Assembly (NCBI GenBank): GCA_963668625.2
Contig: CAXXKA010000008.1
Location: forward strand, 352,001 to 416,000
DNA: 64,000 nt
Direction: 5' to 3'
Source: an uncultured candidate division Zixibacteria bacterium
GTDB lineage: Bacteria; Zixibacteria; MSB-5A5; UBA10806; 4484-95
Part shown: piece after piece, positions 1 to 9,669 of the stretch
Layout of the letters: each line of letters begins with the position of its first letter
Position numbering within the stretch: the stretch's first letter is position 1
Program-made: the position numbers and the translations under genes
The notes under the pieces: model-generated
Told to the model about the DNA's origin: nothing
The model's input: the letters and a program-made list of their open reading frames with translations, nothing else
Database searches by the model: none

Positions 1-2
1 AG

Positions 3-422
3 TTTAAAGAGATACCCGGCCTGATGGAAGGCACCGGCAAACCCGATAGCGCCCGCTGCGTGGATATCGCCACTGTCGGCGCTCTTCAGCAGATGGTACT
101 CCCCGGCTTGTTAGCCATTCTGGCCCCGATATTGGTCGGTACCATACTGGGTAAAGAGGCCCTGGGCGGTATGCTCGGTGGCGCTACCTTAACTGGTGTG
201 CTGATGGCTCTTATGATGTCAAACGGTGGCGGCGCCTGGGATAACGCCAAGAAATATATCGAAGGCGGCGCACATGGCGGTAAAGGCTCCGAGGCCCATA
301 AAGCTGCCGTGGTAGGCGATACCGTAGGCGATCCGTTCAAGGATACCTCCGGCCCCTCGATGAACATCCTTATTAAGTTGATGGCCATCGTCTCGCTGGT
401 ATTGGCTCCGTTATTCGTCTAG
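3..422 (+). CDS. hppA: Membrane-bound H+/Na+-translocating pyrophosphatase, C-terminal part (gene starts before the window)
   Basis: Signature [12 protein letters not shown]...[27 protein letters not shown]; the frame is open from base 3 ([10 protein letters not shown]). Confidence 0.96.
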   Translation, partial: FKEIPGLMEGTGKPDSARCVDIATVGALQQMVLPGLLAILAPILVGTILGKEALGGMLGGATLTGVLMALMMSNGGGAWDNAKKYIEGGAHGGKGSEAHKAAVVGDTVGDPFKDTSGPSMNILIKLMAIVSLVLAPLFV

Positions 423-477
423 TTAAATGAAATTTCCGCTTTCAGGTTGACCCCCCTCGCCTGAAAGTGTCCGATAG

Positions 478-509
478 AAACCGCTCGGGTAACCGGGCGG
501 TTTTTTTTT
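478..509 (+). terminator. Rho-independent terminator after hppA
   Basis: aaaccgctcgg-gtaa-ccgggcggttt hairpin followed by a T run. Confidence 0.85.
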
Positions 510-711
510 AGGAACGTATCGAATGAACCATAGTGTATTAAATACGGTGGCACGCTATTCAATCACATCTTTCTCTATTTTGATTATTGATTGATTTTTA
601 TCATATGATTGTCATTCCAGATTTGCCTCGGGAGCCAGGGAGAGATGGTATAATTATCGTTAATTTTTATGCTATATTGATAACTTTAAAAACAATTAAA
701 CTCCGGGGGGA

Positions 712-2067
712 GTGATGAATTATTTAAAAGCAATCGTATTAATCACCTCAGTATTATTTCTGATGTCAGTATCATTTGCGACAATTATCAATGTTCCTGA
801 TAACTACCCCACTATTCAGCAGGGTATAGATTCAAGCTCTGATGGTGACACGGTGCTTGTGCAGCCGGGAACGTATTATGAGAATATCAATTTCAACGGA
901 CATAAGTGCGTGCTGGGCTCGATGTGTTTGACTACCACGGATTCCAGCTATATCAGCCAAACAATAATTGATGGCGATTCGTCAGGCTCGGTAATTACTT
1001 TTGAAAGCGGGGAAGATAGTACAACTGTTATTCTCGGATTTACTATTCAATCAGGATATTCAGGTAGCGGAGGAGGAATAGATTGTGTTAATTCATCACC
1101 TAAAATACTATTTAATTATATTCGTGATAATATAATCAATGGAATATGGGGCGCCGGTATACATTGTAGTAATTCATCATCTGTAATTTTAAGTAATCGC
1201 ATCACGAATAATTGGGTAGATAATGGTAGCTCTGGGGCAGCTTATGGAGCAGGCATTTGTTCAGAAAACTCAAATCTAGTAATTCAAAATAACATAATAT
1301 TTGCCAACACGGCCTCAGCTGCTTTTTGGTCCGAGGGGGCGGGTATATACTGCGTAAATTCCCATGTATTAATAACGAATAATGTTATTTGTGATAATCA
1401 CAGCTATGCAGTAAATGGGGCCGGGGCAGGTGGGATCGCTGGTTACAACTCCTATGTAATGATTCTAAATACTATAATCAGAGGCAATACTAACGATTAT
1501 GAGAATTGCCAGGTCTTCGGGAATTGGGATTTATTCTATTCAAATATCGAGGATGGCTACGAAGGCGAAGGCAATATCGATATTGATCCGCTCTTTCGCG
1601 ATCCCGAAAACGGCGATTTCCATCTCATGGCAACTTACTGCGGTGATCCCTATGATTCGCCATGCATAGATATGGGCAAGCCATCAATATTGGATACATT
1701 ACTGGATTGCAGTTGGGGACTCGGCACCGAGCGTTCCGATATGGGAGCTTACGCCGGTGGCGAGGGCACTGTTGGTATTGATGATCCAGTAGCGCAAATC
1801 CCTGAAACAATTCTTCTCTCTCAAAACTACCCCAACCCATTCAACGCCTCAACTATTATTAGATATGAGCTGCCGCAACAATCACAGGTCACTCTTGATA
1901 TCTACGACATTCTCGGCAGGCAGGTAATCACGCTTGAGGATGGTATCAAAACCGCCGGGAGCCATCAAGTGATATGGCAGGCTGAGGATATTTCCTCCGG
2001 GGTGTATTTTTATAAGATTCAAGCCGGGGAATATGTCGAAACCCAAAAAATGATGCTGGTGAAATAA
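712..2067 (+). CDS. Secreted parallel beta-helix protein with C-terminal T9SS type-A/FlgD-like sorting domain
   Basis: Signal peptide; INVPDNYPTIQQGID..GDTVLVQPGTYYENI; repeated G(G/A)GI.C..S; C-terminal LSQNYPNPFN...SSGVYFY...KMMLVK. Confidence 0.85.
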   Translation: MMNYLKAIVLITSVLFLMSVSFATIINVPDNYPTIQQGIDSSSDGDTVLVQPGTYYENINFNGHKCVLGSMCLTTTDSSYISQTIIDGDSSGSVITFESGEDSTTVILGFTIQSGYSGSGGGIDCVNSSPKILFNYIRDNIINGIWGAGIHCSNSSSVILSNRITNNWVDNGSSGAAYGAGICSENSNLVIQNNIIFANTASAAFWSEGAGIYCVNSHVLITNNVICDNHSYAVNGAGAGGIAGYNSYVMILNTIIRGNTNDYENCQVFGNWDLFYSNIEDGYEGEGNIDIDPLFRDPENGDFHLMATYCGDPYDSPCIDMGKPSILDTLLDCSWGLGTERSDMGAYAGGEGTVGIDDPVAQIPETILLSQNYPNPFNASTIIRYELPQQSQVTLDIYDILGRQVITLEDGIKTAGSHQVIWQAEDISSGVYFYKIQAGEYVETQKMMLVK

Positions 2068-2109
2068 ACAAGGGGCAAATAGGAACATCCGCCGCCCACA
2101 ATATCTGAT

Positions 2110-3150
2110 TTATCTTAAAAGCTCAATAGCGTATTCCAATTGAGGGTCTATCCCATTTTCGATATCCTCGGCTGTTTGCTCGATTCGAATATCAGGCGCT
2201 ACCCCCAACCATTCCCAGGGCAAGTTGTCATACCGTCTGATATCAACCGTCCCAACCGAGATAAGCTTGCCGCTGGGCAGTTCGTAGTCCATCACGCCGT
2301 TCCCCGTACTCCAACCTCCTGCCGAGCCACCACCGGTGGTATCACCAACTGCCGTTACCTGCGGTAGTTGCTTAAGTATCTCCGTTGTCATCTCACCGGC
2401 GCTGTAAGTAGCGCCGTTAATCAGCACCACCACCGGATTCGTATAGATAAATGGCTCGCCGGGTTGAAAGGGTGGGTCCTCGATTAACTCACCCAGGAGG
2501 TATAACGCGGGTCGGTTCAAAGGCCCGGTCATGAATCTTGTCACTACCGCCTCGACATTGCCATAGTCTCCGCCTCTTTTCTGGCGAATATCGATTATCA
2601 GTCCTTGCGTGTCTCTCATGTATTCGAGCACACCGGGGAACTCCACCAGAAGGTAATTCTCGTGAAAATCGGAAAGGAAAATATAGCCGATATTATCAGG
2701 TAATATCTCGTATTCGGCAGAGCCGCTGTCTGTCACTTTCAGTGGCCGGTCGAAATATTTCCTGACCACGAACGGGCTGTAAGCGTGACGGTCTTTAATC
2801 AGGCGAGGCATGACATAGGGATAAACCTCTCCTCCGCCATTGGTATGGTAATATACGTGACCGTCGGCAAGCTCTTCCAGAAGATCGTGAAGTACGAAAT
2901 ATATCTCATCTCCTCGGGCGTTTTGCGCTCTCGGCAGGTATGCATTATACAGCGAATCCCAGTTTATGCCTTTGAATTCGAGATATGGATAAACCTCGTT
3001 AACCCGATTCCAGGTCGCCTCGAAATCCTCGACATTGAAATTCGTGTTCGGCTCCTGTACTATGTTTTCACAAGCGATTAATAAAACCAATAATAATACG
3101 AAGATAATATATGACGTCCCACTCACGAATGAATATGACTTAAAATTCAT
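2110..3150 (-). CDS. S41 family peptidase, probable lipoprotein
   Basis: LIAC lipobox; NIGYI, GLIIDIR..RGG, TYSAGE (catalytic Ser), VGDTTGG, GVAPDI. Confidence 0.9.
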   Translation of the reverse strand: MNFKSYSFVSGTSYIIFVLLLVLLIACENIVQEPNTNFNVEDFEATWNRVNEVYPYLEFKGINWDSLYNAYLPRAQNARGDEIYFVLHDLLEELADGHVYYHTNGGGEVYPYVMPRLIKDRHAYSPFVVRKYFDRPLKVTDSGSAEYEILPDNIGYIFLSDFHENYLLVEFPGVLEYMRDTQGLIIDIRQKRGGDYGNVEAVVTRFMTGPLNRPALYLLGELIEDPPFQPGEPFIYTNPVVVLINGATYSAGEMTTEILKQLPQVTAVGDTTGGGSAGGWSTGNGVMDYELPSGKLISVGTVDIRRYDNLPWEWLGVAPDIRIEQTAEDIENGIDPQLEYAIELLR

Positions 3151-3916
3151 ATCTGACCCCCAGTATAATATTATCGCTGGCGGAGAGAAGCGGTTGCCAG
3201 GCGCTTATCCTGGTAAGTTCCATGCGATAGGCAAGCTCGAATGAGAGTTGATCGATAACCCGATACCGCCCGCCCAGGCTGTATGATAAGTTCGTTCCGG
3301 AAAACAGTGTGAGGATTTTCACCGTGTTTTCATCCTCTTCCTCCATATCAACCAGCCTGAAACCAAGCGAAAGTACATCGACCTTGCAAGAAGATTCGAT
3401 CAGGAAGTAATCGTTAAGCGGATAGATGATTTCTGCATTTACAGCCGCGGCAAACAAAGCCGCCGAGGACTGGGCGTAATCGTAACCCGAAACCGCGATA
3501 TCGGGTTTGTTGTAGAAAAAATAGAACTCCGAACCCGGGCCTAGATATATATAAATATCTTTCGAAAACAGTGAACGTTTGGTAAACGGATATAAAAATC
3601 CCTGGTCGAACGCGAACTGGTATATTTCGGTCGAGACATTATAGTTTTCGATAGCCGAGGAGTAGCGGAATTCCATATCCAAATTGTAGATATACTTATC
3701 ATGTGCCCGTGACCAGCCGACACGGTAGTAGGGCAAAGTGCCGGAGTATTTCTCCTCGGATATATACTCATCCCTGACAGAGTAATTACCAAGCCCGCTC
3801 TCGAAAGTTATGCCACCGCTATATATATCTTTGAAATTCCCATTAGCCTGCGCGTTGGCAGATGTTGAAAAGCTGAAAACAAATATCAACCATGATATAT
3901 ATAAAACTACTCGCAT
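3140..3916 (-). CDS. Exported putative outer-membrane beta-barrel protein overlapping the S41 peptidase gene
   Basis: Signal peptide; RDEYISEEKYSG motif (DUF3316-like from memory); C-terminal LGVRYEF; 11-bp overlap with the S41 gene. Confidence 0.6.
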   Translation of the reverse strand: MRVVLYISWLIFVFSFSTSANAQANGNFKDIYSGGITFESGLGNYSVRDEYISEEKYSGTLPYYRVGWSRAHDKYIYNLDMEFRYSSAIENYNVSTEIYQFAFDQGFLYPFTKRSLFSKDIYIYLGPGSEFYFFYNKPDIAVSGYDYAQSSAALFAAAVNAEIIYPLNDYFLIESSCKVDVLSLGFRLVDMEEEDENTVKILTLFSGTNLSYSLGGRYRVIDQLSFELAYRMELTRISAWQPLLSASDNIILGVRYEF

Positions 3917-4167
3917 CCCTCACCTCATATTACGATTACATTTATCTTAATTTACCAGTTTCATCCGTACTATACGTAGAAATAGTAGATATTGGCAACG
4001 AAAAGATTTTGCCAGGGGAAAAAACACCTCGAACATCACTTAACCGCAGCCTTTATAAACCACATTCGCCTGAACGGAAGTATCTATGAAACAGTTATTG
4101 ATATTGAATTAAAATATCAATTTCGATACAATTATGAACTATAAACCTGAACCACAGGATAACATAT

Positions 4168-4403
4168 ATGGCTAAATACCGTAACAGGTGCCGCAATTAT
4201 CCGATGAGGTTTATCTCACCGATGTCGGACTGGAGACAACGCTACTTTTTAGTGATGGTTTCGAGTTGCCGGAGTTCGCGGCATTCGATCTTCTAAAATA
4301 TAAAAGGGGCGAGACTGCAATTCGCAAATATTATCGCAAGTATATAGATATCGCTAAAAGCCAAGGTGTAGGATTTATTCTAGAAAACGCTGCATGGCGT
4401 TGA
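4168..4403 (+). pseudogene. Homocysteine S-methyltransferase N-terminal remnant (frameshifted and truncated)
   Basis: ATG at 4168 gives MAKYRNR; a shift near 4187 continues PQLSDEVYLTDVGLETTLLFSDGFELPEFAAF...WR*. About 80 codons versus about 310 aa for the family. Confidence 0.75.
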
Positions 4404-4537
4404 GGTATATCCAAGATGCGGGTTCAGTGTTTACTGATTGCGACCGTAATAAATTTTAAGAGGCTAGCCAGCTTTTTATTATCTTTACTGGCTGCAAAAC
4501 GCCGATTTTGGAACTCACCGTATTTGAATAACTTTAT

Positions 4538-4716
4538 TTTGACTTTCTAAATATAACAAAAGCAAATCGAAACGGAGTTTCTAAAACAAAAGCATTACCA
4601 AACAGAGTTTGGTAACGAGTAATAAAATTTTTAATTTGACTTTTTCGATAGACAAATCAAAATCGAAACTAAATTTCTCTAATACATCAGTTTCCAAATC
4701 GGAGTCTGGAAACAAG
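4538..4716. repeat. Two degenerate tandem copies of a REP-like palindromic unit (about 97-bp period)
   Basis: tttgacttt..caaa..aaatcgaaac..tttc...ttaccaaac-aga-gtttggtaacgag (4538-4619) versus tttgacttt..caaa..aaatcgaaac..tttc...tttccaaatcggagtctggaaacaag (4635-4716). Confidence 0.55.
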
Positions 4717-4782
4717 AATATAAATAGCAATGCTTCGCTTTAAACGTACACACCGGCTAAACCGGTGGTTTTTAGGATCAAT

Positions 4783-4808
4783 AAAAAACCCCTCTCATCG
4801 AGAGGGGT
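4783..4808 (-). terminator. Rho-independent terminator downstream of 4908..5528
   Basis: acccctctc-atc-gagaggggt perfect stem; the A run on + is a U tail on -. Confidence 0.8.
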
Positions 4809-4907
4809 AAAACACTAACACCATTCAATCAGCTTTTTATTATTCTTCGTATTATCTTACTGCTCAGAGGCTGGTAGACATCCCCGTCTGCCTCAATATA
4901 AGCGAAA

Positions 4908-5528
4908 TTAATGCCCGTATGATTTAATCATCTGCAATACGTTTTGTAATGAGTTGGTAACATCCGATAAAACTTTGGAGTACCGTTTCAACAACTCGGT
5001 ATACTGCCAGCGCATCGAAAACGCTTTTTCCGGGAATTCGAAAATCTCGAGTAAGGTTTTCTTATAGATCTCATCGATATACTGCAATACGTAGAAAGGA
5101 TACTCGGGAATGTTGGGATCGTTAACCTGTCCCTTGGAAATCTTATCCCGATACAGCTCGATTTTCTCCAGAACGATAGTCCCGAAACACCAGGGGGTCA
5201 TCAGGGAGGAACTGTTGGTGGAATCGGCATAATACTTATAGACATTTTTCAGAAGCTGCTCGATTACGATGAGCCTGGCCCGGTAAAACGATAACGTTTC
5301 CTCATGTTCGGCGGAGGTAGAAGCTAGTTTCTCTTTAGTCGCTTTGTATTCTCTCAAAGCGCGTTCTTCGGTTTTCTCGAGGAATTTATAATACAGATTG
5401 ATATAGACCTTGATATTCTCGCTGGTAGTATAGATATAGAATCCACCCTCATCCTTGCCGATCCGGGAATCGCGGGTCTTTTTCAGCGTCTCCTCTGTGA
5501 AACCTCTGTCAAGACTGTTAGTTAACAT
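4908..5528 (-). CDS. Hypothetical soluble, largely helical protein (206 aa)
   Basis: Clean ORF, SD aaggag, downstream terminator; no motif recognised. Confidence 0.8.
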   Translation of the reverse strand: MLTNSLDRGFTEETLKKTRDSRIGKDEGGFYIYTTSENIKVYINLYYKFLEKTEERALREYKATKEKLASTSAEHEETLSFYRARLIVIEQLLKNVYKYYADSTNSSSLMTPWCFGTIVLEKIELYRDKISKGQVNDPNIPEYPFYVLQYIDEIYKKTLLEIFEFPEKAFSMRWQYTELLKRYSKVLSDVTNSLQNVLQMIKSYGH

Positions 5529-5567
5529 TACTCTCTCCTTATGACTGTCAATTCTACAGTCTTTTAA

Positions 5568-5583
5568 TGCAAATCGCGTGCCC
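5568..5583 (-). promoter_or_regulatory. Sigma54-type -24/-12 promoter for 4908..5528
   Basis: Minus strand gGGCACGcgatTTGCA: GG-N10-GC spacing, about 40 bp before the ATG. Confidence 0.65.
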
Positions 5584-5920
5584 GAAAATAACTACCTTTT
5601 GCCCCTGTCTCTTTTTCCCCATTTTTTTGTATAATACGTTTTATGTTAACCGGTTATCTAATTTACATTGAATGAATCGTATTAACCTGCGCTTAATATA
5701 AGGTTCAATTGTTAAAAAGGCAATAGTAAAACAATTGTATAATGAAATATCTTGCACGCATATTGCAAATGGTAAACCTGCGAAATCACCCCCTTTTTGC
5801 ATGCGGTGGAAGGAGTCATTTCCTGCCACCTGTATTCATGCAGTGTTTCGTCAGGAAAAGATTCCTAACGACGCATTTGGTAGACCTTTTCTATATAATT
5901 ATACGCTTGATGCAGTCGAT

Positions 5921-6925
5921 TTATTTGCTGAAAAGACCTTTTTTATAAGAAAAGATCGAAAATAGCCCGCCCGTGTGTATAAACACCACGTTAGTTTTAC
6001 GTTTCAACTTGTGTTTCTTGATAGTATCGAACAAGCCAAGCATTGCCTTGCCGGTATAGGCGGGATCGAATATCACCCCGGAGTTGGCGGCCACGGTTTT
6101 GATAAAACTCGCCTCCCTTTTACCGATTTTAGCGTATCCAGGCCCGATATAACTATCATCAATATTCAAATCAGAGGGGTGTATATCAAGGTTAAGGTCG
6201 TTCTCCTCGATGAAATTCTCCACTAATGAGCCAATCTTATTGATAAAATACTCGGTATCGTGACAGACCGCATAGCCGAGGATTTTAACCGGCCAGTTGA
6301 GATATAGCGAGGCGATATACAGCCCGGCGTATGTTCCGCCCGAGCCAACCGCGCAGGCGATATAATCGACAGTGATACCGGCCTTATCGAGTTGCTTTTT
6401 CAACTCGATACCGGCGGTCACATAACCCCACATACCGATAGTGTTGGAGGCGCCGGAGGGGATAATGTATGGTTTCCTGCCCTGATGCAGAAGGTAGTCG
6501 GCGCGCTTGTTCATGATATCATCTATTTCGTTTTCATATTGCTTGCTGGTCAGGTACTTTATCTTGGCGTTGAAAAGCGTGTCCAGCAGGATGTTGCCAT
6601 CGGGGATTTTGGTTGGTTTGCCCTCGAGATACAGCTCGCAGTCGAGGCCGGCGCGGGCACAGATAGCAGCGGTTGCCCGGCAATGATTGGAGCGAATTCC
6701 GCCACAGGTGATAATAGTATCGGATTTGCGGGAGACGGCATCATACAGGACGAACTCAAGCTTACGGATTTTATTACCGGAAAGCTCCGAGCCGGTCATA
6801 TCATCCCGTTTTAAAAAGATGTTAACGCCCGACTTGGGATCGGGCGAGAGACCCAGCGCCTCGATAGGCGTGGGAGTCATAGCCAGTTGGAACCGCGGCG
6901 GCGGTTTGAGTTTCTTACGAGCCAT
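5921..6925 (-). CDS. dcyD: D-cysteine desulfhydrase / ACC deaminase family PLP enzyme
   Basis: KRDDMTG..LSGNKIRKLEF, GGIRSNHCR, GSGGT, DPAYTGKA, FIHTGG; start placed at ATG 6925. Confidence 0.88.
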   Translation of the reverse strand: MARKKLKPPPRFQLAMTPTPIEALGLSPDPKSGVNIFLKRDDMTGSELSGNKIRKLEFVLYDAVSRKSDTIITCGGIRSNHCRATAAICARAGLDCELYLEGKPTKIPDGNILLDTLFNAKIKYLTSKQYENEIDDIMNKRADYLLHQGRKPYIIPSGASNTIGMWGYVTAGIELKKQLDKAGITVDYIACAVGSGGTYAGLYIASLYLNWPVKILGYAVCHDTEYFINKIGSLVENFIEENDLNLDIHPSDLNIDDSYIGPGYAKIGKREASFIKTVAANSGVIFDPAYTGKAMLGLFDTIKKHKLKRKTNVVFIHTGGLFSIFSYKKGLFSK

Positions 6926-6931
6926 GCCGGG

Positions 6932-6961
6932 ATTATAGGGGGTAGGTGGCTGGGATTGCAA
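6932..6961 (-). promoter_or_regulatory. Sigma70-type promoter, probably giving a leaderless mRNA
   Basis: TTGCAA-N18-TATAAT, then 6 nt to ATG 6925; no SD. Confidence 0.6.
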
Positions 6962-6986
6962 GGGGGGAAATTGGGAAATATTATTA

Positions 6987-7589
6987 TTACTCGGGTAGCC
7001 AAAAGTCCAAATTTCGCGACGCCTTACCTAACTTGGGGAATTGGGGCCCTGTAGGATTCTTATACTTCCCCTCATACTTTCCATCACCTTCGGTTTTGTG
7101 CAATACCAATTGAGCGATTGGCATACCAGGATATAAAACGATTGGTACTTCACCTAGATTAACTATTTCAAGCGTAATTGATCCTTTAAAACCTGGATCC
7201 ACTTTTGTTGCGGTTGCTATTACTAAACCAGTTCTTCCCCATGTTGATTTGCCGATAACATAAGCCATTAAATCTTCAGGTATAGATATGTATTCAAGAT
7301 TAGAACTTAAAACCAATTGATTGGGGTGAATTGTGAATTTATCGCGAATTTTTATTCGAATTCTTTGTTGATATGAGTGAATATCTTTCTTTATTTCATC
7401 TTGCTTATATATATCGAGGCAACCAACAATCCTTTTCTTTAATAATATATATTCTGTACCTAACCGCAAATCTATTGAAGAACTTGCTATTACTTCATCG
7501 GCATCTAATAATGGAGTTATGACAAGCCTTTTATTAATATTAGGTTCTATAATTCTGTCAATAATTTCTGTTCTTTTTAAAACGCCCAT
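6987..7589 (-). CDS. dcd: dCTP deaminase (trimeric dUTPase-like fold)
   Basis: SSIDLRLG, LEYISIP.DL, GKSTWGRTGL, VDPGFKGSITLEI.NLG..PIVLYPGMPIAQL, Y.GKY. Confidence 0.92.
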   Translation of the reverse strand: MGVLKRTEIIDRIIEPNINKRLVITPLLDADEVIASSSIDLRLGTEYILLKKRIVGCLDIYKQDEIKKDIHSYQQRIRIKIRDKFTIHPNQLVLSSNLEYISIPEDLMAYVIGKSTWGRTGLVIATATKVDPGFKGSITLEIVNLGEVPIVLYPGMPIAQLVLHKTEGDGKYEGKYKNPTGPQFPKLGKASRNLDFWLPE

Positions 7590-7590
7590 A

Positions 7591-9147
7591 TTATTTATTA
7601 TGATTGAGATTGAATTGTTTTTCTAAATCTGAGAATTCTATTCCCTTTAGCGTAATTCTATCTAATAAATCCTTGAAATGTAAAAGATCACTACTAATGT
7701 TATCATCATTTAAAAGCTCACCATTATAACACAAATTGTATATCCAGCTTGAATTCAATATCTCAGCTACTGAGCATAGTTTATGATCATAAAGATTCTC
7801 TTCAATAGCATTTGGAGGAATTTGGTTTTCCAGCCTTTCCATTAAATCATCCATATTGGAATATAGATCCTTAACTGTTAGAGCATGTTGATTGATACTA
7901 TTATAGATTTCATTTTTAAGTTCGTCTAGTTCTTTAAAAATGAGTTTATGATAAACAATATTACAAAGATCGTTATTTTTAATGTTTTCTTCATCTGCTT
8001 TTTTACTAATTGTTTTTTTAATTGATTGAATAAATTGTTTAAAGCATTCCTGAAGTTGAAGTGGAACATTTGAAGGGTTTAGATAATCACCTTTCTCTAG
8101 ATAATTGTATATAAGCCTTAGTCGTAATCTACGGGGGGGATAATAATTACTTTCTTTTTTGGGGATATCATCGATATTTTGATTGACGCTAAAAAAATAG
8201 AGTGACATTAAAAAACTTGGTCCAAATAGCAACACTCCCACGAAATCTGCAGCAAGTTCATTTAAACCTTTTTTCCATATTTCTTGAGCTTCGTTTATAA
8301 AATACCTAAATGTTTCCATGATATGTTTCATTGAAATTTGATTCTCGTTTTTTATTTGAGCTTGATCAAATAAGTCAAGATTATATCTTGACTTGTGATA
8401 ACCATGCCAATATTCAATTATTCTGTCTCTTAATTCACTTGATTTATTGTTAAAGAACTTTTGAGTTAGTATTCCATCTAAAATCAAATGACCTATCTCA
8501 TGGCCAATAATACAATGCATAATAATATTCTTTTTATCAATACCGGGAAACGAAAATATATATAATGAGTTTTGACACCAGTCACAATTTACTGAATCGT
8601 CAGGTTTTCGGCATCTAAATATCTTTTTGTCTATTTCTTCATTTGTGTGTTGAAACTCAAGTTTCGTTAATCGATCAATCAATATATTTCTATAATAGCT
8701 AGATATGTCGATGGGTCTTACACTGAAATTATATGTCCATTGAGGTCGAAATAGTAATTTTTTATTAAAATCATTTGTTATTTCCTGTAATAACCGTTCA
8801 ATACTAGGAACAATACTCCATGGGACTTTATGTGTTTGTGTACCATCAACAAATTTTAAATGGCTCCAAAACATTATTACCAATTCTTCCAAACCCAGTA
8901 TTTGCCTATGATAATGGATTATTTCGCTTTCATGGCTTTCATCTAAGTTCTGAACAATCTTTAAAATATTGATTATGTCAGCCTTTATAAATTCTGATGA
9001 TTTTTTTATAAGAACTAGAAATTCTATAGGCGTCTCAGTAGGATATTGTTTTGTTAATAATTCATTAATAAAATTATTAAGTTTTTCTATTTTTCTTACT
9101 GTTTCTACTATATAGAACTCAAGATTAGATTTGCTATCAATCCACAT
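7591..9147 (-). CDS. Uncharacterised 518-aa protein with zincin-like HExxH motif
   Basis: GHEIGH...ELAADFVGVLLFGPSF...YYPPRRLRL, the motif order seen in M48/U49(Lit)-like zincins; AT-rich; 1 bp from the dcd start. Confidence 0.75.
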   Translation of the reverse strand: MWIDSKSNLEFYIVETVRKIEKLNNFINELLTKQYPTETPIEFLVLIKKSSEFIKADIINILKIVQNLDESHESEIIHYHRQILGLEELVIMFWSHLKFVDGTQTHKVPWSIVPSIERLLQEITNDFNKKLLFRPQWTYNFSVRPIDISSYYRNILIDRLTKLEFQHTNEEIDKKIFRCRKPDDSVNCDWCQNSLYIFSFPGIDKKNIIMHCIIGHEIGHLILDGILTQKFFNNKSSELRDRIIEYWHGYHKSRYNLDLFDQAQIKNENQISMKHIMETFRYFINEAQEIWKKGLNELAADFVGVLLFGPSFLMSLYFFSVNQNIDDIPKKESNYYPPRRLRLRLIYNYLEKGDYLNPSNVPLQLQECFKQFIQSIKKTISKKADEENIKNNDLCNIVYHKLIFKELDELKNEIYNSINQHALTVKDLYSNMDDLMERLENQIPPNAIEENLYDHKLCSVAEILNSSWIYNLCYNGELLNDDNISSDLLHFKDLLDRITLKGIEFSDLEKQFNLNHNK

Positions 9148-9161
9148 AAGAATATTATAAC

Positions 9162-9596
9162 TTATTTAAGGCAATTGGCTCGAATAAAAAATTGCTCTGT
9201 CAAGTTTTCAAAAAAAGTGGCTAAATGGTTTAGCTTATTTTTATCTAGGCTAGGATCTTGATTCAAAATTTTACTTAACGTTGATTCGTAGTCTTTTATT
9301 TTATCTATATCAACAGTTTCTTTTTCTTTAAAAAATAAACTAGCGGTATCATTAAAAATATCAATATCATAAGAAAGGTTTTCATGGTTAAAACCGCTTT
9401 CTGGATAAGGTGTCATAAAAGCGTAACCATTTCTTATACTTGTTAATAGAGAATATCCTTGTTCTAAAGTTAATAACTCATGCTCAGTACAGTTATTATT
9501 AGTAATGAATTTCTTTATAGCTAGCAAAACGGAAGATGATAACATCATATTAGCTAACGAATCAGAGCTAAGCGAATTACTCACCCCACCTTGCAT
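9162..9596 (-). CDS. Hypothetical 144-aa protein, first gene of the AT-rich operon
   Basis: Strong SD aaggaggt; ends 14 bp before the 518-aa gene; no motif recognised. Confidence 0.75.
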   Translation of the reverse strand: MQGGVSNSLSSDSLANMMLSSSVLLAIKKFITNNNCTEHELLTLEQGYSLLTSIRNGYAFMTPYPESGFNHENLSYDIDIFNDTASLFFKEKETVDIDKIKDYESTLSKILNQDPSLDKNKLNHLATFFENLTEQFFIRANCLK

Positions 9597-9640
9597 AACA
9601 AACCTCCTTATTAAGCTGCTTTTATCAATGAATTATGTTT

Positions 9641-9669
9641 ATATTAAATTATCGGCGATATTTTGTCAA
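9641..9669 (-). promoter_or_regulatory. Sigma70-type promoter for the 144aa/HExxH/dcd operon
   Basis: Minus strand TTGACA-N17-TAATAT. Confidence 0.55.

Noticed and set aside
547-565. tggcacgctattca as a sigma54 promoter for 712..2067
   Set aside because: The -12 GC is missing.
4538-4716. Possible CRISPR array
   Set aside because: Only two degenerate units, no regular repeat-spacer pattern and no cas genes in the window.
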